Source: Deltaproteobacteria bacterium
GTDB taxonomy: Bacteria > Myxococcota_A > Polyangia > Fen-1088
NCBI GenBank assembly: GCA_033763315.1
Contig: JANRKS010000007.1
Location: 1-64,000 of the forward strand
Reading direction: 5' to 3'
DNA length: 64,000 nucleotides
Shown piece by piece: positions 49,045 to 58,508 of this stretch. The translations under genes were made by a program, and so were the position numbers. The notes under the pieces are model-generated. The model saw only the letters and a program-made list of their open reading frames with translations. It made no database searches and was not told the DNA's origin. Positions within the stretch are counted from its first letter, which is position 1, and each line of letters starts with the position of its first letter.

Positions 49045-50077
49045 GGAAGCAGGATCTCAGTTCAGCGTATGTTTCTTGGGTTGTGGGCAGATCAACCTAC
49101 GACACATCAAGATTCTGCGGAAACTCAAGCCAAACGCAACGGTGGCCGTGGCCAGCCGCTCCGCCGACGTGGCGAAAGACTATGCGAGCAAAGTCGCCGC
49201 GCACACTTTCTTTGGCTCGTATGAGGAGGCAGTGGCGGCGGGGCATGACCTTTACGTTGTCGGCACGATCCCTAGCAGCCACTTCTCATTGGTAAAGGCG
49301 ATCGTGCAAGGCGGGCACCATTGTTTGGTGGAAAAGCCCGCGTTTAACAGCCTTGCCGAATTTCAAACACTCTGGCCGTCCCTCTTGGCAAGCCGCGGCG
49401 TGTTCATGGTCGCGGAGAACCTTCACTTCGCACCCTTTCAGCACAAGCTGAAGCGCCTACTTGGAGATTCGGAGTTAGGCCAGCCATTGTTTTTGGATCT
49501 CGTGCGGCTAGGCCGATCCAAACCGAAAGGCTGGCGCATAGATCCGGTAGAGATGCCGTTGGGGGCCCTTCACGAAGGCGGCGTGCACTGGATACGTCGC
49601 TTGCTGGATTTGGCCTCAGTGTTCGAGCCCGACGGCAGCGCAGGCATCGTAGACGTCACAGCGTTTGCACCACCTAAGCCGCTGACAGCGACGCCACACG
49701 AAGACACGATGATGGTGGTCACGCGGCACAAGTCAGGCCTTACATCTCGCCTCCTTCACACGTGGGCCCTGCCGTGGCGCTTTTTGCCTTTCGATGTATC
49801 AAAGCTTCACGCGGAACACGGCGCGGTCTACTTCGACGCGCGGGGCATTTATGGTCGCAAGTATGGCCCCCGTGGCAAACAACTGATCTTACCGAACATC
49901 ACCGATGCGGGAGGATACGAAGCCATGTGGCGCAATCTGCTGAATGCCATCGCCACCGGCACGCAGCCCGCCCTTTCTTTGCAAACGATCTACCAGGACT
50001 TTGCATTCATGGATGCGGCATACAGATCGAAGACGTCGGGGCGCCCTGAACGTTTGCTGCCAGCCGTGGCTTCTTAG
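49043..50077 (+). CDS. Gfo/Idh/MocA oxidoreductase
   Basis: LGCGQI, CLVEKP and GALHEGGVHW. Confidence 0.85.
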   Translation: MEAGSQFSVCFLGCGQINLRHIKILRKLKPNATVAVASRSADVAKDYASKVAAHTFFGSYEEAVAAGHDLYVVGTIPSSHFSLVKAIVQGGHHCLVEKPAFNSLAEFQTLWPSLLASRGVFMVAENLHFAPFQHKLKRLLGDSELGQPLFLDLVRLGRSKPKGWRIDPVEMPLGALHEGGVHWIRRLLDLASVFEPDGSAGIVDVTAFAPPKPLTATPHEDTMMVVTRHKSGLTSRLLHTWALPWRFLPFDVSKLHAEHGAVYFDARGIYGRKYGPRGKQLILPNITDAGGYEAMWRNLLNAIATGTQPALSLQTIYQDFAFMDAAYRSKTSGRPERLLPAVAS

Positions 50078-50134
50078 AACGAGCGTCATCGCCACTTTTT
50101 CTGCCGAGCCTCGTATGCGGCCGCCAAGCAGCGA

Positions 50135-50632
50135 CTAGAAGGGAGCGTCTCCTTTGCATACAACAGCGCTTGTCGACGGCACGGTGATTCGAAGCTCCTG
50201 CGTCCCATGACGAAACAGCACGGGTCCTGCAGGCAGCGGCGGCGATTCACATGTCGCATCCAGAAAGCCGCAGTCTGTGGAACACGCGTCCGTCGCCTTG
50301 CTTACGAACGATCCCTCGCTCGAGATCTCGAACTCGCCGTTGGGCAGCTTACGTACCAAGCACGTGGCCTTGCGGTCCACATCGCAAGAGGCGCTAAGGC
50401 ACGTCGGCATTCGCACGGTCACTGTGACAGAGCGCCCCTCCTGGTAGGACATCAACTCATTGGACTCCGGAAGCGAGTTTTGCCGGGACGCCCAGATACA
50501 GGCCTTTCCCTCGTCTTTAAACTTTTGCGTTTGGTCCGTAAGGCCACACCCAAGCGAGCCCAAAATGGAGACGAAGACTGCGGAGAAAGAAAGACGAAAA
50601 AAGAAGGTACGCAGACAAAATCGTGAGTTCAT
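50135..50632 (-). CDS. Small Cys-containing lipoprotein of unknown function
   Basis: Lipobox LGC; CLSASC and ACSTDC; purine-rich GGAGGAG upstream. Confidence 0.65.
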   Translation of the reverse strand: MNSRFCLRTFFFRLSFSAVFVSILGSLGCGLTDQTQKFKDEGKACIWASRQNSLPESNELMSYQEGRSVTVTVRMPTCLSASCDVDRKATCLVRKLPNGEFEISSEGSFVSKATDACSTDCGFLDATCESPPLPAGPVLFRHGTQELRITVPSTSAVVCKGDAPF

Positions 50633-50644
50633 GCTCCTCCACTC

Positions 50645-50660
50645 TGCAAGAGGAGTGCCC
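50645..50660 (-). promoter_or_regulatory. Putative sigma-54 promoter
   Basis: GGGCACTCCTCTTGCA on the minus strand (GG-N10-GC); palindrome GACAAATTTGTC upstream at 50715-50726. Confidence 0.6.
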
Positions 50661-50849
50661 ACGTTTTTTTGGTTAAAGGGGGCATGAAAGCCGCCCGGGC
50701 GTGACCGATGCCCCGACAAATTTGTCCGAGATCTGTCCTCTCGGCCACTCCGAGGCAGGTGGTTGGAACTCAGTATTTATCTTGTGCTCAGCTCTATGAC
50801 GAGTTAACGACAGGGAATTGGTGGCGCTCGCAGCGGGCAGGCGGGCCCT

Positions 50850-51848
50850 CTACTCGCCCGGCACCCATCCGATGGACAAGTCATCCACGCCATTGGTTTT
50901 CGGTGAATACACCGACTTCCACGTTTTGCCGTCGGTGGCCGTTTGAATGCTGCCGCCGATCTCGCGGACCCATAGGCCTTGCACCCAGAAGCCAGCGTTG
51001 TACTTATCGCCGTAGCAAACGCGGTTGGTTTGGAACTGGCCCGCACAGAACGCAACAACGTCGGGCACGGGCGACTTCTGCCATTTCGTTCCATCAGGTG
51101 ATGTGACCGTTTGACCGGGATCACCGGAGACCGCAAACAGACCGTTGCCGAAGACGACCCGCGAGTGTTTGCCGGTGCCCGCGTTGCCCAGGCTTGTCCA
51201 CGCCAGACCATCGCTGCTGCGCAGGATGACACCGTCGATCGTGCTGGCGATGAACATGTTGTTGCCGTAAGCCAAGCCCTGAATGATGCCAAAGTTGTGC
51301 ATGCGCAGGGTCCACGTGGCGCCATCAGGGCTCGTCCACCACTTACTCCAACCGCCGGCCACCCAAAGCTTATTGCCATACGCCACGGAGCGCAGCAGAT
51401 CGCCGTCATCGCCTCCGCCTTGGCGCACCTCGCCCGTCTTTGTCCACGTTTTGCCGCCGTCACGCGAGAGAATGCGGATGCCACCGTAGCCAACGCCGAC
51501 GGCACCTCGGACATAGCCTGCAGGAGGCTCTTCGATCGGCGAGGCGATACCACCGGCACCACTGGCACCGCCGTTCGCAGCACCACCTGCGTTGCTGCCA
51601 CCTGTGCCTTGGCCGGCCGATCCGCCCACGCCAATCACACCAGCACTGCCGCCAGCGGAAACGTCTCCAGAGCCCCCCGCGCCACGTGTGGCTTCACCGG
51701 GAGCGCCCGCTACGTTCGCCTCGTCATCTCCGCCGGCGCCGCCTTGTGGCTCGTCCTGCACTTCGCTACCCACGCTGCCGCCGCAGCCACTCGCGACAAC
51801 AATCGACGTGGTGATGGCGAGAAGCCACGGAATCCTGTTGAACTTCAT
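50850..51848 (-). CDS. Lipoprotein with a Gly linker and BNR/Asp-box-like repeats
   Basis: Lipobox SGC; SRDGGKTW, SPDGATW, SSDGLAW, SPDGTKW and TDGKTW. Confidence 0.75.
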   Translation of the reverse strand: MKFNRIPWLLAITTSIVVASGCGGSVGSEVQDEPQGGAGGDDEANVAGAPGEATRGAGGSGDVSAGGSAGVIGVGGSAGQGTGGSNAGGAANGGASGAGGIASPIEEPPAGYVRGAVGVGYGGIRILSRDGGKTWTKTGEVRQGGGDDGDLLRSVAYGNKLWVAGGWSKWWTSPDGATWTLRMHNFGIIQGLAYGNNMFIASTIDGVILRSSDGLAWTSLGNAGTGKHSRVVFGNGLFAVSGDPGQTVTSPDGTKWQKSPVPDVVAFCAGQFQTNRVCYGDKYNAGFWVQGLWVREIGGSIQTATDGKTWKSVYSPKTNGVDDLSIGWVPGE

Positions 51849-52131
51849 AGGATGCCTTCCTGCACGCGCTACCAATGCGCTGCCACACAAAGAAGCCTTG
51901 AAGATAACATCTGCACACGTCGGTGGCGTTACAGAGTGCTAGGCAAATACACCTACGAGCACGTCGCGCGCTCACAAAAGCAGAGACGCTAAGTCAAAGT
52001 GCCTAGGAGCTATCCCACGTGATTGGACGCGGATAGCAAACGCGAGTACATGACTCGTAGCTTCACCACATTTACGAGTTACCACCTCGTTTTTGTTGAC
52101 ACCTCTGCCCACCCCTCTAGGTAGCGGGTAC

Positions 52132-52431
52132 CTAAGCTTCCCAGCTCTCGACCCGTAAGCTGGGCACACGCCGGAACTCGGATTCGTTCGCCGTGACAAC
52201 GGTGGCGTCATGGGCCAGCGCGATGGACGCGATCAACATATCGTTCGGCCCGATGAGGGAGCCAAGGCGCGACAAGGTGGCTCGAACGACTCCGTAATGT
52301 TCTGCGCACTGGTCGTCAAAGGGAAGGCATCGAAAACGCGCAAAAAACTTCGTAAAAAGCCCAAGGTTCGCATCCACACGTTCACTCCTGCGGGCCCCAA
52401 ACAGCAGCTCGGCCTTCACTACGGAACATAG
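52132..52431 (-). pseudogene. vapC: VapC toxin fragment with its N-terminus deleted
   Basis: Homology starts at LCSVVKAELLFGA; IGPNDMLIASIA and TANESEFRRV; no LDTN motif. Confidence 0.7.
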
Positions 52432-52643
52432 CCACGGTGCTCGTAGTCGGGTTCGATCGGGCGGACCAAAGGGGCTCCCTGCCAGCCACCTACGACGTCC
52501 TCAAAAAAAACCTTCGGCCACCCCGATGTCAGGTCGCGCTTTGGGAGCTCAGCCACGTAGCGGGACACGCTCTGCCCCTTAGGCGCGGCGCGTGTCTTCA
52601 GCGCTTCCGCGAGGTGATCCGGAAGGTAGAAATGAAGCCGCAC
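52419..52643 (-). CDS. RHH/CopG-like antitoxin
   Basis: LHFYLPD..SVSRYVAEL..GWP..GGWQG; TATCTT 7 nt before the GTG. Confidence 0.6.
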   Translation of the reverse strand: MRLHFYLPDHLAEALKTRAAPKGQSVSRYVAELPKRDLTSGWPKVFFEDVVGGWQGAPLVRPIEPDYEHRGYVP

Positions 52644-52694
52644 AAAGGGAAAGATACCCCCATGCATGTGGCATCTGTGCCCTACGTGCGCCAC

Positions 52695-54089
52695 CTAAAG
52701 AACGAAGCCCAAGACCAGCAGCAACAGCGCGCTTGCCCCGAACACCGCGCGGTGGTTCCACAACAGCTGGCGAACCGGCTGCACTCCGGCGGCCTCGTGG
52801 AACCACATCTGTCGCAGCATCTGAAAGTAATAGAAGAACGACACAAGCGTGGTGACGAAAGCGGCGCCCAGAACACCGAGGTACCAGGAAGGCAGTTCAG
52901 TGCCATGGCGCAGAAGTTCAGTGGCCGCGGCCAGCTTCGCAAAGAAACCGGCCGTGGGTGGCACCCCCGCGTAGCTCAACAGCAACACCGTGATGCCCAC
53001 CGCCACAAGCGGATGTTTGGCTGCGAGACCCGATAGATCTTTCAACTCATCGGCATCGGCGTGGTCCGTTCCCACGGCCATTATGGCCGCCCACAAACCG
53101 GTGGTCATCACACCGTATGTTGTTAGATAAAGCGCAAAAGCGCCGGGGGCGTCCGCCACGATGGTTAGCAAGATAAACGACGCGTTCACCACGCCCGAAT
53201 AGGCAAACAGGCGTTTGATTTGGCTCTGCGAAATCGCCTGCACGTTGCCGATCAAAACGCCCGCGCCGGCACACAGCAACAACGCGGGCTTCCACACGTT
53301 GGCCAAAGCCACGAAGGGACCGTTGCAAAGCGCGAACAACAAACCAAACACCGCCAGCTTCACAGGTGAAGCGATGATGGTGAGCGCCGCCAAGGACGAG
53401 CCTTGGTAAACGTCAGCCAGCCAGAAGTGAAACGGTGCCACAGCGGTCTTGAAGAATAGCGCTGACAAGATCAGCATCAGCGCGATATGCGCGAGCTGCA
53501 GTTGCCCACCCTCGGCGCTGGCCAACTTGCCCGCAATCTCTTGCAAGTGCATCTCGCCGGTGGCGCCGTAGAGAAACGAAAGGCCCATCAAGAACACGGC
53601 GCTGGCCACGGCGCCCAACAACAAATACTTGATGCCCGCTTCGTTCGATCGCGGATCACGTTGCGAGAAACCGGCCAACACGTAGGACGGGATCGAAACC
53701 ATCTCGAACGAGATGAACACCGTGGCCAGATCACCCGCAAACGACAGCGACACCATGCCCAGCGCAGACGCCATCGCCACAAGCTTCCAATCAGCTTGTT
53801 GAGCACGCACTTTCTCAAGGTAGCCATTGGTCAACACAACCGCGCCGGCCACGAGGTAAAGGCACAGGCAAGCGATTTGTTTGCCCAACACCGAGATGAC
53901 GTAGGCGCCGCCAAAGTAGGTTTCTCCCGTAGGGACGCGGTACTGTAGCAGCAAGGCGGTTGCCCCAAGCGCGGCCACGCTGATCGCCGTGGAAAGCAAG
54001 GCGCGTGGTTTTGCACGCAGAGACGCCACAACCAGCAGGGCCATGAAGCCCAAGATCAAGGGAAGCTGTGCAATCAAAATCGCGTTCAT
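52695..54089 (-). CDS. nuoN: NADH-quinone oxidoreductase subunit N
   Basis: EAGIKYLL, FKTAVAPFHFW and KRLFAYS; operon position. Confidence 0.92.
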   Translation of the reverse strand: MNAILIAQLPLILGFMALLVVASLRAKPRALLSTAISVAALGATALLLQYRVPTGETYFGGAYVISVLGKQIACLCLYLVAGAVVLTNGYLEKVRAQQADWKLVAMASALGMVSLSFAGDLATVFISFEMVSIPSYVLAGFSQRDPRSNEAGIKYLLLGAVASAVFLMGLSFLYGATGEMHLQEIAGKLASAEGGQLQLAHIALMLILSALFFKTAVAPFHFWLADVYQGSSLAALTIIASPVKLAVFGLLFALCNGPFVALANVWKPALLLCAGAGVLIGNVQAISQSQIKRLFAYSGVVNASFILLTIVADAPGAFALYLTTYGVMTTGLWAAIMAVGTDHADADELKDLSGLAAKHPLVAVGITVLLLSYAGVPPTAGFFAKLAAATELLRHGTELPSWYLGVLGAAFVTTLVSFFYYFQMLRQMWFHEAAGVQPVRQLLWNHRAVFGASALLLLVLGFVL

Positions 54090-55579
54090 GGAACGACTCC
54101 TGCCACCACGGTGGCGAAGGCTCTCTCAACGGGCCCCACAAACAACATCGGGTAAAGGCCTAACACCAACCACACCGACACAACGGCCAAACCTAACGCC
54201 ACCTCGGGGATCCGAAGGTCAGCGGCTTGCACCACATTGCCACGTCGGGCGCCGAAGAACAGATGGTGAAAGATGCGGATCATCGCAGCCGCGGTGATAA
54301 GCGCGCCCGCGCCCGCAGCGAACGTGTACCAGGGGGATACGCGAAAGGCGGCAAAGTACACCAAGATCTCACCGGCGAAATTGCTGAGGCCGGGCAAGCT
54401 GGCGGCGGCAAACATGGCCACCAACATGAGCGCTGTGAGGCGCCCCTGCCCTGCGCGAAGACCGCCCACTTCCGACATCAGGATCCCGCGGCCGTCGACC
54501 GAAATGCGGTCATCGAGCGCAAACAAGAAAGCCATGATCAAGCCGTGGTTGAAGACCTGGAAAATTCCAGCGGTGATCGCGGAAGAGTCGGAAGCGTCTC
54601 CGCGCGTGCCTGCAAAGGCAGCCAAGGCCACCAAGCTCAAGTGTGCAAGCGAGGAGTAAGCCAGCACATCCGTTAAACGATCGCGCCCAAGGCAAACGAC
54701 GCCACCATAAATGGCGCCAGCCGCGGCCACGGCCATCAAGGTGGGCCCCCATGTCCCGAACTCGCTACCGAACGCCGGCACCAACACGATCAGCAAACCA
54801 TAGGCGCCCATCTTCGACATGATGGCCGAAAGCAGCGCACGGCACGCGGGCGGCGCCACCGCGTAAGTGTCACGCAACCAGCCGTGCAGGCCCACAAGCG
54901 GCAGCTTGACGCCGAACCCCAGTAAGAAACCCCAAAACGCGAGGCCACGCAATTCGGGCGACAAGATCGAGATGGAGCGCCCAAGGTCGGCCAGGGCCAC
55001 ATCCCCCGAGGGCAGTATTACGATGGCGATCGCCATCAGCATCGGCAAGCTGCCGAACAGCGTGATGAGAACGAAGCGCATAAGCGCTGTGTAAAGCGCA
55101 GGCGTGTCTTCGCGACGTTGGCCGTGCAAGCCGATCCAGAAGTACGCGCCCAGCAGCGCCATTTCCCAGAACAAATAGAACAGCAACAAGCTGTTGGCGA
55201 TGAACACACCCAGCAGGCTGCCGATCAAGATGTTGGCCGAGATGTAATAAGACGGCTTCACTTCCGTGCGCGGGCGGATGAACACAAAAATGATCGGCAA
55301 ACACAGACCGAGCAGCAGCACAAAGGCGCTGTTGCGCGCGTCGAGGTAAAGCGCCGTTTTGAACACCGTGCCAGAGCCGGTGATCATCATCGAGAAACCA
55401 TCGACCGCCACACGTGGGGCGTCCGACACGAAGCTTGGCAGCGCCAGTGCGGCCAAGAACAAACCAAACAAGCTTTGCGTCCAGGCCGCGAGTTTCGCGT
55501 GCCCTTGGCGGGTGAACATGTGCAACGCGATCAGCCCCAGCGGGATGAACGGTGCGACGCTAAGCAGGGTACCGCGCAT
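54086..55579 (-). CDS. nuoM: NADH-quinone oxidoreductase subunit M
   Basis: FYLFWE, VKLPLVGLHGWL, KMGAYG and LPGLSNFAGE. Confidence 0.92.
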   Translation of the reverse strand: MRGTLLSVAPFIPLGLIALHMFTRQGHAKLAAWTQSLFGLFLAALALPSFVSDAPRVAVDGFSMMITGSGTVFKTALYLDARNSAFVLLLGLCLPIIFVFIRPRTEVKPSYYISANILIGSLLGVFIANSLLLFYLFWEMALLGAYFWIGLHGQRREDTPALYTALMRFVLITLFGSLPMLMAIAIVILPSGDVALADLGRSISILSPELRGLAFWGFLLGFGVKLPLVGLHGWLRDTYAVAPPACRALLSAIMSKMGAYGLLIVLVPAFGSEFGTWGPTLMAVAAAGAIYGGVVCLGRDRLTDVLAYSSLAHLSLVALAAFAGTRGDASDSSAITAGIFQVFNHGLIMAFLFALDDRISVDGRGILMSEVGGLRAGQGRLTALMLVAMFAAASLPGLSNFAGEILVYFAAFRVSPWYTFAAGAGALITAAAMIRIFHHLFFGARRGNVVQAADLRIPEVALGLAVVSVWLVLGLYPMLFVGPVERAFATVVAGVVP

Positions 55580-55590
55580 AAGATTCGTCC

Positions 55591-57510
55591 TTATCGCCCC
55601 GGAAGGAGCAGCAACATTAAGAAGACCGCGGCCAACAACAGCGCTGCGTAGTTTTGAAATCTTCCGCTCATCAAGCGGCGCAACATACCGGAGCCCGTTT
55701 CGCCGGCGCCGCCCATGAGTTCAAAGCCGCCCAACGCCACAGACTCAACAATCGCGCTGCAAAACCGGCCTAAGGCCCGCAGAGGCGTGAACACAGCCGA
55801 CTCGTACAGCGCATCGAAATAAAACTTCTGTGCCAAGAGGCCGCGGGTTTGGTTGCGGCCTTCGTACTTGGCGCGCTTTCCTGCGTTGGCAAACACGCTA
55901 AACGTGAGCGCCGCCACGATCAAGGAAACCACGAGCGCCGGCAGGGCGTGCAGGAAGCTCGGGCCTTCAGGCATCTCAGCGCCAGCGTTGGCGAGCGCGT
56001 AGAAACCCTTGCCCATGCCGCCGAATGAAGGCGGCGCGCTGACGAAGCCGAAGCCTAAGCCCACGACACACAAGATGCCGAGCACCAACTTCACAGTGAC
56101 GCTCGTTTCATGCGGTGCATGGCCGTGGTGGCCCTTGGCCGCTTCGCCTGGGACCTTGGATTCGAGGTAGCCGAGCAAGCGAAACATGTACACCGCCGAG
56201 AGAAGTTCGACGCCCATGATGATCCACGAGAGCGCTTTGCCCGAGACGACCAACGAGCCGAGCGTCAGCTGGCTTTCGGCCACTGATTCAAGCACCATTT
56301 CCTTGCTGAAGAAGCCCGCAGCCAGGAAGGGAATCAGGCCAACGCCGCCAAGGCAACCAATCCAAAACGAGGCGCGTGTGATGGGCAAGTGCTTGAGCAC
56401 GCCCGCCAGTTTGCGGACATCTTGTTCATGGTGGGCTGCCAAGATCACGCTGCCCGCCGCCAAAAACAACAATGCCTTGAAGGCCGCGTGACCGAACAAG
56501 TGCAAGCGCGCGGCACCCGGGCTATCCGCCGCCAGAGCCAAGAACATCAGGCCCAAGTTGGACAGCGTGGAGTACGCCAAAATCTTCTTGATGTCGAATT
56601 GGACCACCGCCAACACGGCGCCGATCACCAAGGTCACAAGCGCGCAGATGTAGATGAAGCCACGAATCTGCGGGAACAACGCATAGATCGGTGACAATCG
56701 GGCCACAAGGTAAACGCCAGCGGTCACCATCGTGGCGGCGTGGATCAAGGCGCTGACGGGCGTGGGTCCGGCCATCGCGTCGGGCAGCCAGACGTGAAAA
56801 GGCGCTTGCGCAGACTTGGCGAACGCGCCGCCCAACACCAGTAAGGCGCCCCAAGCGGCGAGGCTGTTGCCATCGATGGAATCGGCCGAAAGCGCGTCCG
56901 CTTTGGCGGCCAAGCCACTCAGATCAAAGGTGCCAAAGTGGGCGTACAAAAACGCCACGCCGAGCACGAACAACAGATCGCCCACACGGTTTGTGAAGAA
57001 CGCGCGGTAGGCGGCGAGCGGCACGCCCGCGTCTTTCCAATAGTGGCCGATCAATAGGTACGAGCACACCCCCACGCCTTCCCATCCCAAGAAGATGAGC
57101 AGCAGGTTGTCGGCCAATACCAGGATCAGCATCGAGGCGACGAATAGATTCAAGCTGGCAAAAAACCGCGCGGGCTCCTTGTCGTCATGCATGTAACCCA
57201 CGGAGTAGAGCGTGATCAAAAAGCCAAAGCCGCTGACCAGCATAACCATGGCAAAAGCCACGCTATCGAGCCGGAAACCCAGATTTGCGCTCAACACGTT
57301 TGTGGCCAACCAAGGGCCAAACGAAAACGACGCCTCAGCGCCACCACTAACGGTGGAGGCAAAACCAACGCCGACCAAGAAGGACAACGCCACGCCCAAA
57401 CAAGCGATGGTGCCGATCAGCTTCACGTTCAAACGGCGACCAAACAGGGCCAGAAGTAAGGCTGTGGCGGCCGGAAACACCGGCAGCGAGGCCAAGGCGT
57501 ATGGGGGCAT
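55591..57510 (-). CDS. nuoL: NADH-quinone oxidoreductase subunit L
   Basis: GWEGVG, KSAQAPFHVWLPDAMAGPTPVSALIHAATMV and KKILAYST. Confidence 0.95.
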   Translation of the reverse strand: MPPYALASLPVFPAATALLLALFGRRLNVKLIGTIACLGVALSFLVGVGFASTVSGGAEASFSFGPWLATNVLSANLGFRLDSVAFAMVMLVSGFGFLITLYSVGYMHDDKEPARFFASLNLFVASMLILVLADNLLLIFLGWEGVGVCSYLLIGHYWKDAGVPLAAYRAFFTNRVGDLLFVLGVAFLYAHFGTFDLSGLAAKADALSADSIDGNSLAAWGALLVLGGAFAKSAQAPFHVWLPDAMAGPTPVSALIHAATMVTAGVYLVARLSPIYALFPQIRGFIYICALVTLVIGAVLAVVQFDIKKILAYSTLSNLGLMFLALAADSPGAARLHLFGHAAFKALLFLAAGSVILAAHHEQDVRKLAGVLKHLPITRASFWIGCLGGVGLIPFLAAGFFSKEMVLESVAESQLTLGSLVVSGKALSWIIMGVELLSAVYMFRLLGYLESKVPGEAAKGHHGHAPHETSVTVKLVLGILCVVGLGFGFVSAPPSFGGMGKGFYALANAGAEMPEGPSFLHALPALVVSLIVAALTFSVFANAGKRAKYEGRNQTRGLLAQKFYFDALYESAVFTPLRALGRFCSAIVESVALGGFELMGGAGETGSGMLRRLMSGRFQNYAALLLAAVFLMLLLLPGR

Positions 57511-57833
57511 TAGAGTTCTCCCTCGCTCAGACGAGACGCGCGCTCACGACTGATGTCGCGGTAGTTGCGGAAAAACACAATCGTCATGCCCAAACCGATG
57601 GCGGCTTCGGCCGCGGCCACACCAATCGAGAGCATGTAGAGGTAATGGCCAAATTCGTGGGTGCCCCATAAGAAGTGGTTGAACGCGATGAGTGTGAAGT
57701 TGACGCCGTTGAGCATCACTTCCACCGAAAGCAGAATCATCACCAAGCTGCGGCGTGTGAGCAGGCCATAACAGCCCGTCAGGAACACGATGACGGCCAG
57801 CGTGAGGCAATTGGCGAGGTTGAAGTCGAGCAT
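57510..57833 (-). CDS. nuoK: NADH-quinone oxidoreductase subunit K
   Basis: SVEVMLN and VAAAEAAIGL. Confidence 0.95.
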   Translation of the reverse strand: MLDFNLANCLTLAVIVFLTGCYGLLTRRSLVMILLSVEVMLNGVNFTLIAFNHFLWGTHEFGHYLYMLSIGVAAAEAAIGLGMTIVFFRNYRDISRERASRLSEGEL

Positions 57834-58409
57834 TTATGGCGTTCCCTTCTTCTGCGAGGGATCGCGACGTGAAAAGTTAATGGCGGCGATGATGCCCACC
57901 AAAACCAAAAACGAGATCAACTCGAACGACACCGTGAGTGGGTTCTCCATCGGGTTCTCGAAGATCATGCGCGAGATGGACGACAACTCGCCAAATTCGG
58001 CGGGATGTTCCGCGCCCACCGGCAAGCTTTCAGCCGCCTTCCGCACCAAGGTCACCAGAACCACGCCCGCCACGGCGAGGGCGCCCAGCACATTCCAATG
58101 TACGAGGCGTGTGCCCACAGGATCGGCGCCGCGCAGATGCCCGAGCTCGCCCTCTTCAGGACGGGGGTTGACCATCATCACCACGAACGTAAAGAGCATC
58201 ATGATGGCGCCCGCGTAAACGAGGACCTGCAAGATGCCCACAAACGGCGCTTTGAGCATCACGTAAACAAGCGACGTGGGCAGGAACGACATAATCAACA
58301 GCAGCGTTGATCGCACAGGGTTCCGGGCCAGAACAACCATGAGCGAGAACACAACGATGAGGATCGCGCAGGCCGAAAACAGGCCGTTGTAGAGATCTAC
58401 CTCAGACAT
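57834..58409 (-). CDS. nuoJ: NADH-quinone oxidoreductase subunit J
   Basis: NPVRS, QVLVYAGAIMMLF and FELISF. Confidence 0.95.
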   Translation of the reverse strand: MSEVDLYNGLFSACAILIVVFSLMVVLARNPVRSTLLLIMSFLPTSLVYVMLKAPFVGILQVLVYAGAIMMLFTFVVMMVNPRPEEGELGHLRGADPVGTRLVHWNVLGALAVAGVVLVTLVRKAAESLPVGAEHPAEFGELSSISRMIFENPMENPLTVSFELISFLVLVGIIAAINFSRRDPSQKKGTP

Positions 58410-58508
58410 GACGGTGCCGTTCTTCTTGCCCGATCAAAGGCAAGGCGTGGCGGGTTTGGTTCGGCAACATGGGATTCTTGGGGGTGAAGGCGGAAGAGAA
58501 GTGGAAGC

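Noticed and set aside
51870-51885. TGGCAGCGCATTGG as a sigma-54 promoter for the 51848 gene
   Set aside because: Spacing and the -12 dinucleotide do not fit GG-N10-GC
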